The notes under the pieces: model-generated
Told to the model about the DNA's origin: nothing
The model's database searches: none
Seen by the model: the letters and a program-made list of their open reading frames with translations, nothing else
Source: Alphaproteobacteria bacterium
GTDB lineage: Bacteria > Pseudomonadota > Alphaproteobacteria > UBA7887
DNA: 64,000 nt
Reading direction: 5' to 3'
NCBI GenBank assembly: GCA_965216755.1
Contig: CBDCGL010000011.1
Span: 3,168,001-3,232,000, forward strand
Translations under genes and position numbers: made by a program
Part shown: positions 21,747-29,805 of the stretch, in pieces
Numbering within the stretch: the first letter of the stretch is position 1
Layout of the letters: every line of letters begins with the position of its first letter

Positions 21747-21995
21747 ATGGTACCTGCCAAATCCGCCGATCGCGTGCTGGATATCACCGAATATGTCTGC
21801 CCGATGACCTTTGTGCGCACAAAATTGGCCATCGAGCAAATGGCCTCGGGCGCGCTGCTGGAAGTGCGCTTGCGCCGCGGCGAACCGCTCGAAAACGTGC
21901 CTCGGTCAGTACGCGAAATGGGCCATGAAGTCATTGCCTTGGAACCGGAACCCGGCGACAGCGACATTTTCCGTCTAAAGATCCGTATTCGCTAG
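21747..21995 (+). CDS. TusA-family sulfurtransferase
   Basis: LDIT.YVCPMTFVRTKL...NVPRS. Confidence 0.9.
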   Translation: MVPAKSADRVLDITEYVCPMTFVRTKLAIEQMASGALLEVRLRRGEPLENVPRSVREMGHEVIALEPEPGDSDIFRLKIRIR

Positions 21996-22451
21996 GTCGC
22001 GCCGCAAGACACGCGCGCCGATCGCCGGCAACCCGCGGCGCCGATAATACGCCGCGCGGCGTCCAACTTCGGTGAAACCCGCAGCCTTGTACAAGTCCGC
22101 GGCCGCGTGGTTATCGTCACCAACTTCCAGAAAGATCTCTTTCGCACCGCAGCCGCGCGCTTCGGCCAATGTCTTGACGACCAGTCGGCGCGCCAACCCC
22201 CGACGGCGGTGGCCAACATCAACCGCAAGCGACAACAGCTCGGCCTGATCGGCCGCAACCCGCCCTATCGCATAGCCGAACAGACCGCGATCCCACCCCA
22301 CGGCCGTGCCAAACGTGCCGGCGGTCGCAAAGATTCGCGCCACGGCGTCAACCGACCAGGCTTCGTCAAAACTCGCCGCGTGCAAAGCCGCGATCGCCGT
22401 CAGGTCATTCGCGGTGATCGGCCAAAGCACAAGTGTTTGGTCAATCGCCAT
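21975..22451 (-). CDS. rimI: RimI-like GNAT N-acetyltransferase
   Basis: RRRGLA, FLEVGDDN.AA..LY..AGF.EVGRRAAYY; ATG 22451 with GGAGG upstream, overlapping the tsaB stop. Confidence 0.88.
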   Translation of the reverse strand: MAIDQTLVLWPITANDLTAIAALHAASFDEAWSVDAVARIFATAGTFGTAVGWDRGLFGYAIGRVAADQAELLSLAVDVGHRRRGLARRLVVKTLAEARGCGAKEIFLEVGDDNHAAADLYKAAGFTEVGRRAAYYRRRGLPAIGARVLRRDLANTDL

Positions 22452-23223
22452 GGCCCGACGCGCCTCCGCGCGGCACCGCATCGGGCGCGCACGTTGCTTG
22501 GTTCGTTGCGCGCGGCACCGCATCGGGCGCGCGCGTTGCTTGGTTCGTTGCGCGCGGCACCGCATCGGGCGCGCGCAAGTAAACCGGCCGTACGGTGTCG
22601 GCGGGTTGCGGCGTGCGGGCCGCGGCGAGACGCGCCACCGTCGACGCGTCGGGAGGCACGTCGCCGACTGCGACCGTTCCCGCCGTCATGAACGGGACCA
22701 ATAAGTGCGCCCCGCTGCCAACCACCGCCGCGACACCGCCCGTGCACAGGGCCGCCGCGGCCGGAGCCGCCAGCGCCGCCGCTTCAGATAGCATCGTGCC
22801 TGCACAATCAAAGACCTGGGCGTAGACCTGACCGCGACGGGCATCCATGGCCGCCATCAACCCGCGGTCGCAGTCGGCCGGCACCAGTTCTTGGTCGATC
22901 GCGGCGCCGGCGATCGCTTCCAGGGTCGAAATCGGCACGAGCGGCTTGCGCGACGCCAGTGCGAGGCCACGGGCCGCCGCGACGCCGATACGCAGACCGG
23001 TAAACGTGCCGGGCCCGGCTGTCACCGCGATCGCCGTCAATGTGTCATAGGTCACGGCGGCTTCGCCCATGACATCGACAATCATGGGCATCAACGTTTC
23101 GGCATGGCCGCGCTGTTGGCGCACGAGCCGATGTGCGGCGACGGCACCATCACGCCATACCGCCGCAGAACACGCCTCAGCGGCGGTGTCGAGGGCCAAA
23201 ATCCGTGCCTTACCTGTGGTCAC
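22441..23223 (-). CDS. tsaB: tRNA threonylcarbamoyladenosine biosynthesis protein TsaB
   Basis: ILALDT, HAETL, GPGTFTGLRIG, DARRGQVY, PVYLRAPDA. Confidence 0.95.
   Translation of the reverse strand: MTTGKARILALDTAAEACSAAVWRDGAVAAHRLVRQQRGHAETLMPMIVDVMGEAAVTYDTLTAIAVTAGPGTFTGLRIGVAAARGLALASRKPLVPISTLEAIAGAAIDQELVPADCDRGLMAAMDARRGQVYAQVFDCAGTMLSEAAALAAPAAAALCTGGVAAVVGSGAHLLVPFMTAGTVAVGDVPPDASTVARLAAARTPQPADTVRPVYLRAPDAVPRATNQATRAPDAVPRATNQATCAPDAVPRGGASGHGD
22467..22576. repeat. 42-bp tandem repeat (~2.6 copies) at the tsaB 3' end
   Basis: Units at 22467-22508, 22509-22550 and a partial unit at 22551-22576; the two full units differ by one base. Confidence 0.95.
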
Positions 23224-23279
23224 CCGTCGCCCATGCTAAATATCAACTTAGAACAGTCTCCAAACCTGTACCGCCGGAC

Positions 23280-23828
23280 ATGCTGGTTCCAATTTCGCCG
23301 CCCCACTTCGACATCGACCTGGCGCTGGCTTACGCAACGCCGGACAATTTTACCGGCGCCCCCGTCTATCGGGCCGCCCATTGCTTTCTTCACGAGCAGG
23401 CCGCGGAAAGACTCCAGCGTGCCATTACGCTCGCCGACGCACTCGGCTATCGGTTCCGCGTCTTTGACGCGTTTCGGCCGTGCGAGGCCCAGTGGCGCTT
23501 GTGGAATCACACGCCGGACCCCGATTTTTTGGCCGATCCGCGCCGCGGCTCACCGCATTCGCGCGGCGTCGCGATCGACCTGACTTTGATCGACAGTGCC
23601 GGCCAACAGCTGGAAATGGGCACGCCATTCGACCACTTTAGCCCCAGATCTTATCACGGTGATTTGGCTGTGCCCCAAGGGGCACAACATAATCGCATGA
23701 TTCTATTGGGAATTATGTCTGCGGCTGGGTGGGATTTTTACAGCAAGGAATGGTGGCATTATCAATTGTTCAATGCCCGACGCTTCCCGGTGCTCAGCGA
23801 CAGCGCCGCCGGCAGCGCCATGATGTAG
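23280..23828 (+). CDS. ddpX: D-alanyl-D-alanine dipeptidase (VanX/DdpX family)
   Basis: YAT.DNFTG..VY, FDAFRP, SPHSRGVAIDL (SxHxxGxAxD), EWWHY. Confidence 0.92.
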   Translation: MLVPISPPHFDIDLALAYATPDNFTGAPVYRAAHCFLHEQAAERLQRAITLADALGYRFRVFDAFRPCEAQWRLWNHTPDPDFLADPRRGSPHSRGVAIDLTLIDSAGQQLEMGTPFDHFSPRSYHGDLAVPQGAQHNRMILLGIMSAAGWDFYSKEWWHYQLFNARRFPVLSDSAAGSAMM

Positions 23829-23848
23829 GGCCGCGCCAACAACAGCCG

Positions 23849-24442
23849 TCAGACGATTTGGCACACCTCGTCGAAATCGAAACGCGGGCTGCGGTCGAAC
23901 AAGCCGCTCGGATCACCATGGCCAAGGGCGATCAGGAAATTCGAACGCACGGTCGTGCCGGCAAAAAAAGCCGCGTCCACAGCAGCATTGTCGAAACCGG
24001 ACATGGGGCCGCAATCGAGCCCCAGCGCCCGCGCGGCGATAACGAAATAGGCACCTTGCAGGGTGCCATTGCGAAACGCCGTCGTGCGAATATGCGCGTC
24101 CTTGCCGACAAACCACGATCGTGCGTCGGTGTGCGGGAACAGCTTCGGCAGCGACTCGTAGAACGCCAGGTCATGGCCGACGATGACGGTGACCGGCGCG
24201 GTCATGGTCTTTTCCGCATTACCTTCCGAGAGACAGGGCTTTAGCTTGGCCTTGGCCGCGGCGCTGCGCACAAAGACGAAACGGGCCGGGCTCGAATTGG
24301 CGCTGGTCGGCGCCATTTTCATCAGGTCGAAGATGGCTCGCAACTGATCATCGCTGACCGGATCGGGGCGCCATTTGTTTTGGGTGCGCGCATCACGAAA
24401 GATAATATCCAACGCGCCATCATCAACCATCGGCCGTTCCAT
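23849..24442 (-). CDS. RutE-like nitroreductase (malonic semialdehyde reductase family)
   Basis: [39 protein letters not shown]. Confidence 0.9.
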   Translation of the reverse strand: MERPMVDDGALDIIFRDARTQNKWRPDPVSDDQLRAIFDLMKMAPTSANSSPARFVFVRSAAAKAKLKPCLSEGNAEKTMTAPVTVIVGHDLAFYESLPKLFPHTDARSWFVGKDAHIRTTAFRNGTLQGAYFVIAARALGLDCGPMSGFDNAAVDAAFFAGTTVRSNFLIALGHGDPSGLFDRSPRFDFDEVCQIV

Positions 24443-24475
24443 CAAGCCCCCCAAACAAATACCCACTTCGGACCG

Positions 24476-25024
24476 TCAGTAGACGGCGCGCACCTCGATC
24501 ACTTCAGGCAAATAATGGCGCAGCAGGTTCTCGATACCGTGCTTCAAGGTGATCGTTGAACTGGGGCAGCCGGAACAGGCGCCATGCATTTCCAACAACA
24601 CAATGCCGTCTTGAAAGCCGTGGAACACGATGTCGCCCCCGTCTTGCGCCACCGCCGGACGGACCCGCGTGTCCAACAGCTCTTTGATCTGCGAGACCAC
24701 TTCCGAATCGTCGTCTGTGCCACGCGCCGCGCCGGCCGTGTCGAGCATAAGCGGCACGCCCGAGACGAAATGTTCCATGATCACACCCAAAACGGCGGGC
24801 TTGAGAACCGGCCACTCATGGTCGTCGTTTTTTGTGACGGTGATAAAGTCAGAACCAAAGAAAACACCGGTCACGCCTTCGATACCAAACAGCCGCTCGG
24901 CCAATGGTGAACGGGTCGCCGCATCAGCTTCAGTAAAGTTCGCCGTCCCGTCGTTCATCACCGGCTTGCCCGGCATGAACTTCAAAGTCGCCGGATTTGG
25001 CGTCACTTCGGTCTGGATAAACAT
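24476..25024 (-). CDS. NifU/Nfu-family Fe-S carrier
   Basis: MFIQTEVTPNPATLKF, VRPAVAQDGGDI, GACSGCPSS. Confidence 0.95.
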   Translation of the reverse strand: MFIQTEVTPNPATLKFMPGKPVMNDGTANFTEADAATRSPLAERLFGIEGVTGVFFGSDFITVTKNDDHEWPVLKPAVLGVIMEHFVSGVPLMLDTAGAARGTDDDSEVVSQIKELLDTRVRPAVAQDGGDIVFHGFQDGIVLLEMHGACSGCPSSTITLKHGIENLLRHYLPEVIEVRAVY

Positions 25025-25138
25025 GCGATCCTCCTCAGCCGCGCGCGGCACGTGTTACGCGCAGCCTTATAGCACAATCTTTACCAAATTAGTTGGGAAT
25101 GTCGCGCGCCGCGTCAAGCTCCTGTGATCGTCGACTCA

Positions 25139-25642
25139 TCACGTCATCGCCGCCAACTGTGCGTCGGTCAAATCGCCGGGCACGATGGTCAATGGAATGC
25201 GCAATCGCTTGGTCAGTTCCGACGTCAACAGGCGTACCAACTCATTGCTGCCCTTGCCCTCGGGCGCCGCGCCCAGGACCATGATATTGACGCTTGGATC
25301 CTCGGCGATCAATTTCAGGATTTCCTCACCTTTGCGTCCTTGGCGCACATGCAAAACCGGGCGCATGCCGGCACATTCGTGCACTTCGGCGGCCAATTCC
25401 TGAAGAATGCGCTCGGCCTCCTCGCGTCGCTCTTCCTCCATCAGCTTGCCGACCGACATCCAATGCTGGAAATCGGCTGGCTCGATCACGTAGAGCAACG
25501 CCACATAGCCGCCCGAATTGCGCGCCCGGCGACAGGCAAAACGCATCGCCACGCGGCAATCTGGGCTCTCGTCGACACAGACCAGGAATTTCACTTTGCC
25601 TGGTTCGTGGTCCGCGCCGGTTGCCGAAGTGTCTTCGCTCAT
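25139..25642 (-). CDS. universal stress protein
   Basis: KFLVCVDES, LLYVIEP, MVLGA...PLTIVPG. Confidence 0.92.
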   Translation of the reverse strand: MSEDTSATGADHEPGKVKFLVCVDESPDCRVAMRFACRRARNSGGYVALLYVIEPADFQHWMSVGKLMEEERREEAERILQELAAEVHECAGMRPVLHVRQGRKGEEILKLIAEDPSVNIMVLGAAPEGKGSNELVRLLTSELTKRLRIPLTIVPGDLTDAQLAAMT

Positions 25643-25644
25643 AC

Positions 25645-26427
25645 CTATGCCTTACGGAACGCCAAATGCGCGAACCATCCTGCCATCAATGCCACAACCA
25701 CAGCAAGCAAACCATAGGCCAGCGACTGCTGGTTCGCAAAACTGTACAACGCTGCCTCGATTCCGGTTTTCGAGACCTCCAGCCGCGTCGATAGCTTGCT
25801 TACGACTTTGCCGCCATTGAACAAATAGACTTCGGCGCGATATTGTCCGATCGGCACATTGGCCGGAAAATGAAAAGTGGTGCGAAACAACCGTTCGCCG
25901 ATAAACGTGACGCTGCCTTCGCCGGGCGCGTACAGCCCTTCGCGCCGTTTGCTGCGGATCAGCGCGTCGCGAAAGATCTGTACTTCGGCGGTGTCGATGG
26001 ACTCGCGGGGCCGTAACGGCAGATTTTCGACGCCGATCTCGTGGACAGGATAGGTCGCGTCGCCACCGATGTCGCCAAGCGGCCGCGACGCCGCCAACGC
26101 ATAATAACCAGGCACATTGGAAAACCATACCCGGTCGCGATTGATCCAGACGCCGACCGTGCGTGCTTTGCGCCGAACGACAGTATCTTCGGCGGGCCCA
26201 CGCAGCACAACAACCACATCGCCATCGCCTTCCTTGGCGCCAAACAGCAACACGTCCGCACCCGTGAAACGGGAATGGATTGAGATCAAGTGCTGGCCCA
26301 AATCGGCGCTAATATAGTCGCTGCCAGCCGCCCGGGCAGCACCGTGGCCCCACGAAAGTGCCGACAGACCGGCCCAAATTGCGGCCACCGTCGTGCGCAT
26401 ACGCCGTGCGCGCGCTTGGCCGGTCAT
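25645..26427 (-). CDS. conserved membrane protein (TIGR02186-like)
   Basis: Signal peptide, FTGADVLLFGA, VRRKAR..GVWIN, LFRT.F.FPANVP, C-terminal TM helix; typical partner of the upstream TauE gene. Confidence 0.8.
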   Translation of the reverse strand: MTGQARARRMRTTVAAIWAGLSALSWGHGAARAAGSDYISADLGQHLISIHSRFTGADVLLFGAKEGDGDVVVVLRGPAEDTVVRRKARTVGVWINRDRVWFSNVPGYYALAASRPLGDIGGDATYPVHEIGVENLPLRPRESIDTAEVQIFRDALIRSKRREGLYAPGEGSVTFIGERLFRTTFHFPANVPIGQYRAEVYLFNGGKVVSKLSTRLEVSKTGIEAALYSFANQQSLAYGLLAVVVALMAGWFAHLAFRKA

Positions 26428-27344
26428 CCGCCAATCGCCCGCGCGGTCACCGAGAAAGGATCGGCCGGTGTCGCCACCAGGTCATAGGCGAGCTTGACGC
26501 ACACAGCCAACACCAACAACGCCAACAAGCCGCGCAATTGTTCGCCGCGCAAAACCGTGCTGACGCGGCTGCCGAACTGGGCACCGACCACGGCGCCGAG
26601 CAACAACAACAAGGCCAACAACACATCGACGGTTTGATTGGTCACGGCGTGCATAATCGTGGTGCCGGACGTGACAAACAGAATTTGAAACAGCGACGTT
26701 CCCACCACCACTGTGGTCGGCATGCCGAGCAAATAAATCATTGCCGGGATCATGATAAAGCCGCCACCAACGCCCATGATCGCCGCCAACACGCCAACAA
26801 AAAAGCCAATTCCGATCGGTAGCAAGGCACTGATATAAAGCTTGGATTTGCGAAACCGCATTTTCAGCGGCAATCCGTGGATCCAATAATGCTGATGCAG
26901 TTTGCGGCGGGTACCGCCGCGGCGCCGGCGCAATATGGTGCCCAGGCTCTCAAAGGCCATCAAGGCCCCAATCGTGCCAAGGAAAATCACGAAGGATAGC
27001 GAGATGACCATGTCGATTTGACCGACGGCGCGCAACACGCGAAACACCAGAACGCCGCAACCGGCCCCGAACAAGCCACCGATCAGCAACACGCCGCCCA
27101 TTTTGAAATCGACGTTGCCGCGCCGCCAATGGGCCAACACGCCCGACACCGACGCCGCCGCGATCTGGTTCGCTTCGGTGGCCACCGCCACCGCCGGCGG
27201 CACGCCGATAAACATCAACAAAGGTGTCATCAGAAACCCGCCGCCGACACCGAACATGCCGGACAGGAAGCCGACGCCGCCGCCCATGCCGACCAACAGA
27301 AACACATTGACCGACATTTCGGCGATGGGCAGGTAAATATCCAT
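26424..27344 (-). CDS. TauE/SafE-family (sulfite exporter-like) permease
   Basis: MDIYLPIAE, two GVGGGF repeats, VVGTSLFQI. Confidence 0.9.
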   Translation of the reverse strand: MDIYLPIAEMSVNVFLLVGMGGGVGFLSGMFGVGGGFLMTPLLMFIGVPPAVAVATEANQIAAASVSGVLAHWRRGNVDFKMGGVLLIGGLFGAGCGVLVFRVLRAVGQIDMVISLSFVIFLGTIGALMAFESLGTILRRRRGGTRRKLHQHYWIHGLPLKMRFRKSKLYISALLPIGIGFFVGVLAAIMGVGGGFIMIPAMIYLLGMPTTVVVGTSLFQILFVTSGTTIMHAVTNQTVDVLLALLLLLGAVVGAQFGSRVSTVLRGEQLRGLLALLVLAVCVKLAYDLVATPADPFSVTARAIGG

Positions 27345-27440
27345 GAATGGAATCGTTCGGTGGCGTTGGCTGGTGGGGGATTAGTGCGCCGAGCCCGGCC
27401 GCGGTTCAAGTCGTTTCTTGGTCGCGCCGGCGCGATACGC

Positions 27441-28508
27441 CTATTTGAGCAAAATGTTGGTGATCTCGCGCAGTTGCGTGCGGGCGCGCATCAGATAAAA
27501 GCCCTGGGCGACAAGGTGGCTCGGCACCGCGCCGTCGGGCGCGCCGGAGAGCACAAACAAGGGATCCAACGCAACCGCTTCGCGCAAGCTTTGCGACATC
27601 TGCTCCCAGGCCGCATCCAGCTGACGCTCGGCAATGAGCGGGCCGAAATCCTCGCTCAAAGCCTGAAGGATCATCAGATACCCATAGAGACGCCCCTTGA
27701 CGCTGTAAAAGACGTCATCGGAACGGGTATCGAGAAACGGGTTGCCCTGACTGCGCACATGGCGATCGATCTCCGCCGACGCCGAGCCGATATCGGCGGC
27801 GAACCGGTCCAACGTGCCCAACAAATTGTCGGCGCGGCGATCAAAGACGGCATCGCCATTTGCCAGGCGCACATTGTATTCGCGCAGCAAAGTGATGGCG
27901 CGCCGGTAATGTTGTTCAGTGGTTGCGGTCGGCAATAGGGAAATCGACAGATCCCAAACCCACACGTCGGTCGGAAACTTCAATTCGCCGGCGGCCGCGT
28001 CCAAATCCGGATCGGCACGGCTGGAGCCACGCGTGCGCCCAATCTGATCGGTCAGCTCGATAGCGAAACGAAACAGCGCCGTCAGCAGACCGCGCTGATA
28101 GTTGGGCATATTGTCGAGCGGCGCCGACCCATAGAAGAACGGGTTGTTGGGCACCCAGCCGGCGTCGTTCACTTGCCGATCGACCAGGGCGGCGGTCATG
28201 TCGACAGTGACACTGCCGCCCGGTGTCTGCTGGTCCTCGGCCGGCCAAAAGTCGAGGTCGTCGTCGATCCGATGGGTGATGATCATCCCCAGCGGGTAGT
28301 AAACGACCATGATCAGCAAGATCGGCCAGACCAGCCACCGCCACCAACGCCAGCGCCGCACGGCGCCCAACAATCGGGGCCGCGTGGGCGCGTCGTCTTC
28401 CAGGGCCGCCGCACTGCTGCGCTCCAGATCGCCTTCGGCGCCGCTCTGGTCGCCATTCTTGGACGGCCGCGACGGCAAATTCGTTTCGTCGAACACCGCC
28501 ACCCCCAT
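27441..28508 (-). CDS. DUF2333-family membrane-anchored protein
   Basis: One TM helix, LDNMPNYQRG, GRTRGSSRADPDL, FDRRADNL, SHLVAQGFYLMRA. Confidence 0.8.
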   Translation of the reverse strand: MGVAVFDETNLPSRPSKNGDQSGAEGDLERSSAAALEDDAPTRPRLLGAVRRWRWWRWLVWPILLIMVVYYPLGMIITHRIDDDLDFWPAEDQQTPGGSVTVDMTAALVDRQVNDAGWVPNNPFFYGSAPLDNMPNYQRGLLTALFRFAIELTDQIGRTRGSSRADPDLDAAAGELKFPTDVWVWDLSISLLPTATTEQHYRRAITLLREYNVRLANGDAVFDRRADNLLGTLDRFAADIGSASAEIDRHVRSQGNPFLDTRSDDVFYSVKGRLYGYLMILQALSEDFGPLIAERQLDAAWEQMSQSLREAVALDPLFVLSGAPDGAVPSHLVAQGFYLMRARTQLREITNILLK

Positions 28509-28595
28509 CGGTTACGTTAGGCGTTCAAGGTCCTTTAAACGTGGGTCTTCGGCAACGCGGCATCAACCGATCGCCGACCGCATTAGGGGTTTCTT

Positions 28596-29639
28596 TTAGC
28601 CGCGGCCGCCGACGCTCAAAAATCCAACGATGTCGCGCAACTCGGCCATGATCGGATCGGCGATGGCGCGCGCCCGCACGGCGCCGTCGGCCAGCACCGA
28701 GTCGACATAGTCCGGATCCGCCATCAAACGTTGCATTTCCGTGCCGATGGGGCCGAGTGACTCAACCGCGATCTCCGACAGCTCGCGCTTAAAATCGCTA
28801 AACTGCTGTCCCCCGACGCTGCTCGCGACCTCGGCCAAGGTGCGATGGGTCAGCGCCGCGAACATTGACACCAAATTGACAGCCTCCGGCCGAGCCTGAA
28901 GCACCGCGGCTTTGAAATCGTTGCCCGCATCGTTCAGTGTTTCGGGTCCGGGCAGCGGCTCCGGATCGGTCTTGGCCTTGCGGATTTTCTTGGCGATGTC
29001 ATCGGGACCATCGGTGAGATTGATGCGGGAATAATCGGACGGATCCGACTTCGACATCTTCTTGGCGCCATCGCGCAAGCTCATAATGCGTGTCGCCGGT
29101 CCTTGGATCAGGGGTTCGACAATCGGGAAGAAATCGACGCCGAAATCGCTGTTGAATTTCTGTGCAACATCGCGGGTGAGTTCCAAATGCTGCTTTTGGT
29201 CCTCGCCGACCGGCACATGGGTCGCGCGATAGGCCAAAATGTCGGCGGCCATCAGACATGGATAGACATAGAGGCCAACCGAGGCGTTTTCGCGATGTTT
29301 GCCGGCCTTTTCCTTGAATTGCGTCATGCGGTTGAGCCAACCGATGCGGGCGACGCAATTGAACACCCACGCGAGCTCGGCATGCGCCGCGACCTGGCTT
29401 TGATTGAAAATTATGCTGGTGGCCGGGTCGATACCGGCAGCCAAGAACGCCGCCGTCACTTCGCGCGTGCTGGCGCGCAGGGCTGCCGGATCTTGCGGCA
29501 CGGTGATGGCGTGCATATCGACCACGCAATAGATGCATTCATATTCCGCCTGTAGACCGACGAAATTCCGAATCGCTCCGAGATAATTGCCCAGGTGCAA
29601 ATTGCCGGTCGGCTGGACGCCCGAAAAGATCCGACCCAT
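28596..29639 (-). CDS. trpS: tryptophan--tRNA ligase
   Basis: [31 protein letters not shown]; ATG 29639 with AGGAAGG upstream. Confidence 0.98.
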   Translation of the reverse strand: MGRIFSGVQPTGNLHLGNYLGAIRNFVGLQAEYECIYCVVDMHAITVPQDPAALRASTREVTAAFLAAGIDPATSIIFNQSQVAAHAELAWVFNCVARIGWLNRMTQFKEKAGKHRENASVGLYVYPCLMAADILAYRATHVPVGEDQKQHLELTRDVAQKFNSDFGVDFFPIVEPLIQGPATRIMSLRDGAKKMSKSDPSDYSRINLTDGPDDIAKKIRKAKTDPEPLPGPETLNDAGNDFKAAVLQARPEAVNLVSMFAALTHRTLAEVASSVGGQQFSDFKRELSEIAVESLGPIGTEMQRLMADPDYVDSVLADGAVRARAIADPIMAELRDIVGFLSVGGRG

Positions 29640-29805
29640 GACGCCGACCTTCCTGTGTCTGAAGAGAAATCTGCGGCACAGGGGTTTATCGGCTCCGGCG
29701 ACTGTCGTCAACGCGCCGACTTCTTGCAGATGAAGAAAATGACCCGTCGCAGTGGGCGCTTGTGTTAGGTTTTCGGCCCCCAGAAAGCCCATCGTTCAGG
29801 ACTTC

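Noticed and set aside
22467-22576. Repeat considered as a possible mini-CRISPR array
   Set aside because: The 'spacers' are identical, it is an in-frame coding tandem repeat, and no cas genes are present.
23280-23828. VanX-like gene as a vancomycin-resistance locus
   Set aside because: A stand-alone DdpX-type dipeptidase with no vanH, vanA or vanRS neighbours; common in Proteobacteria.
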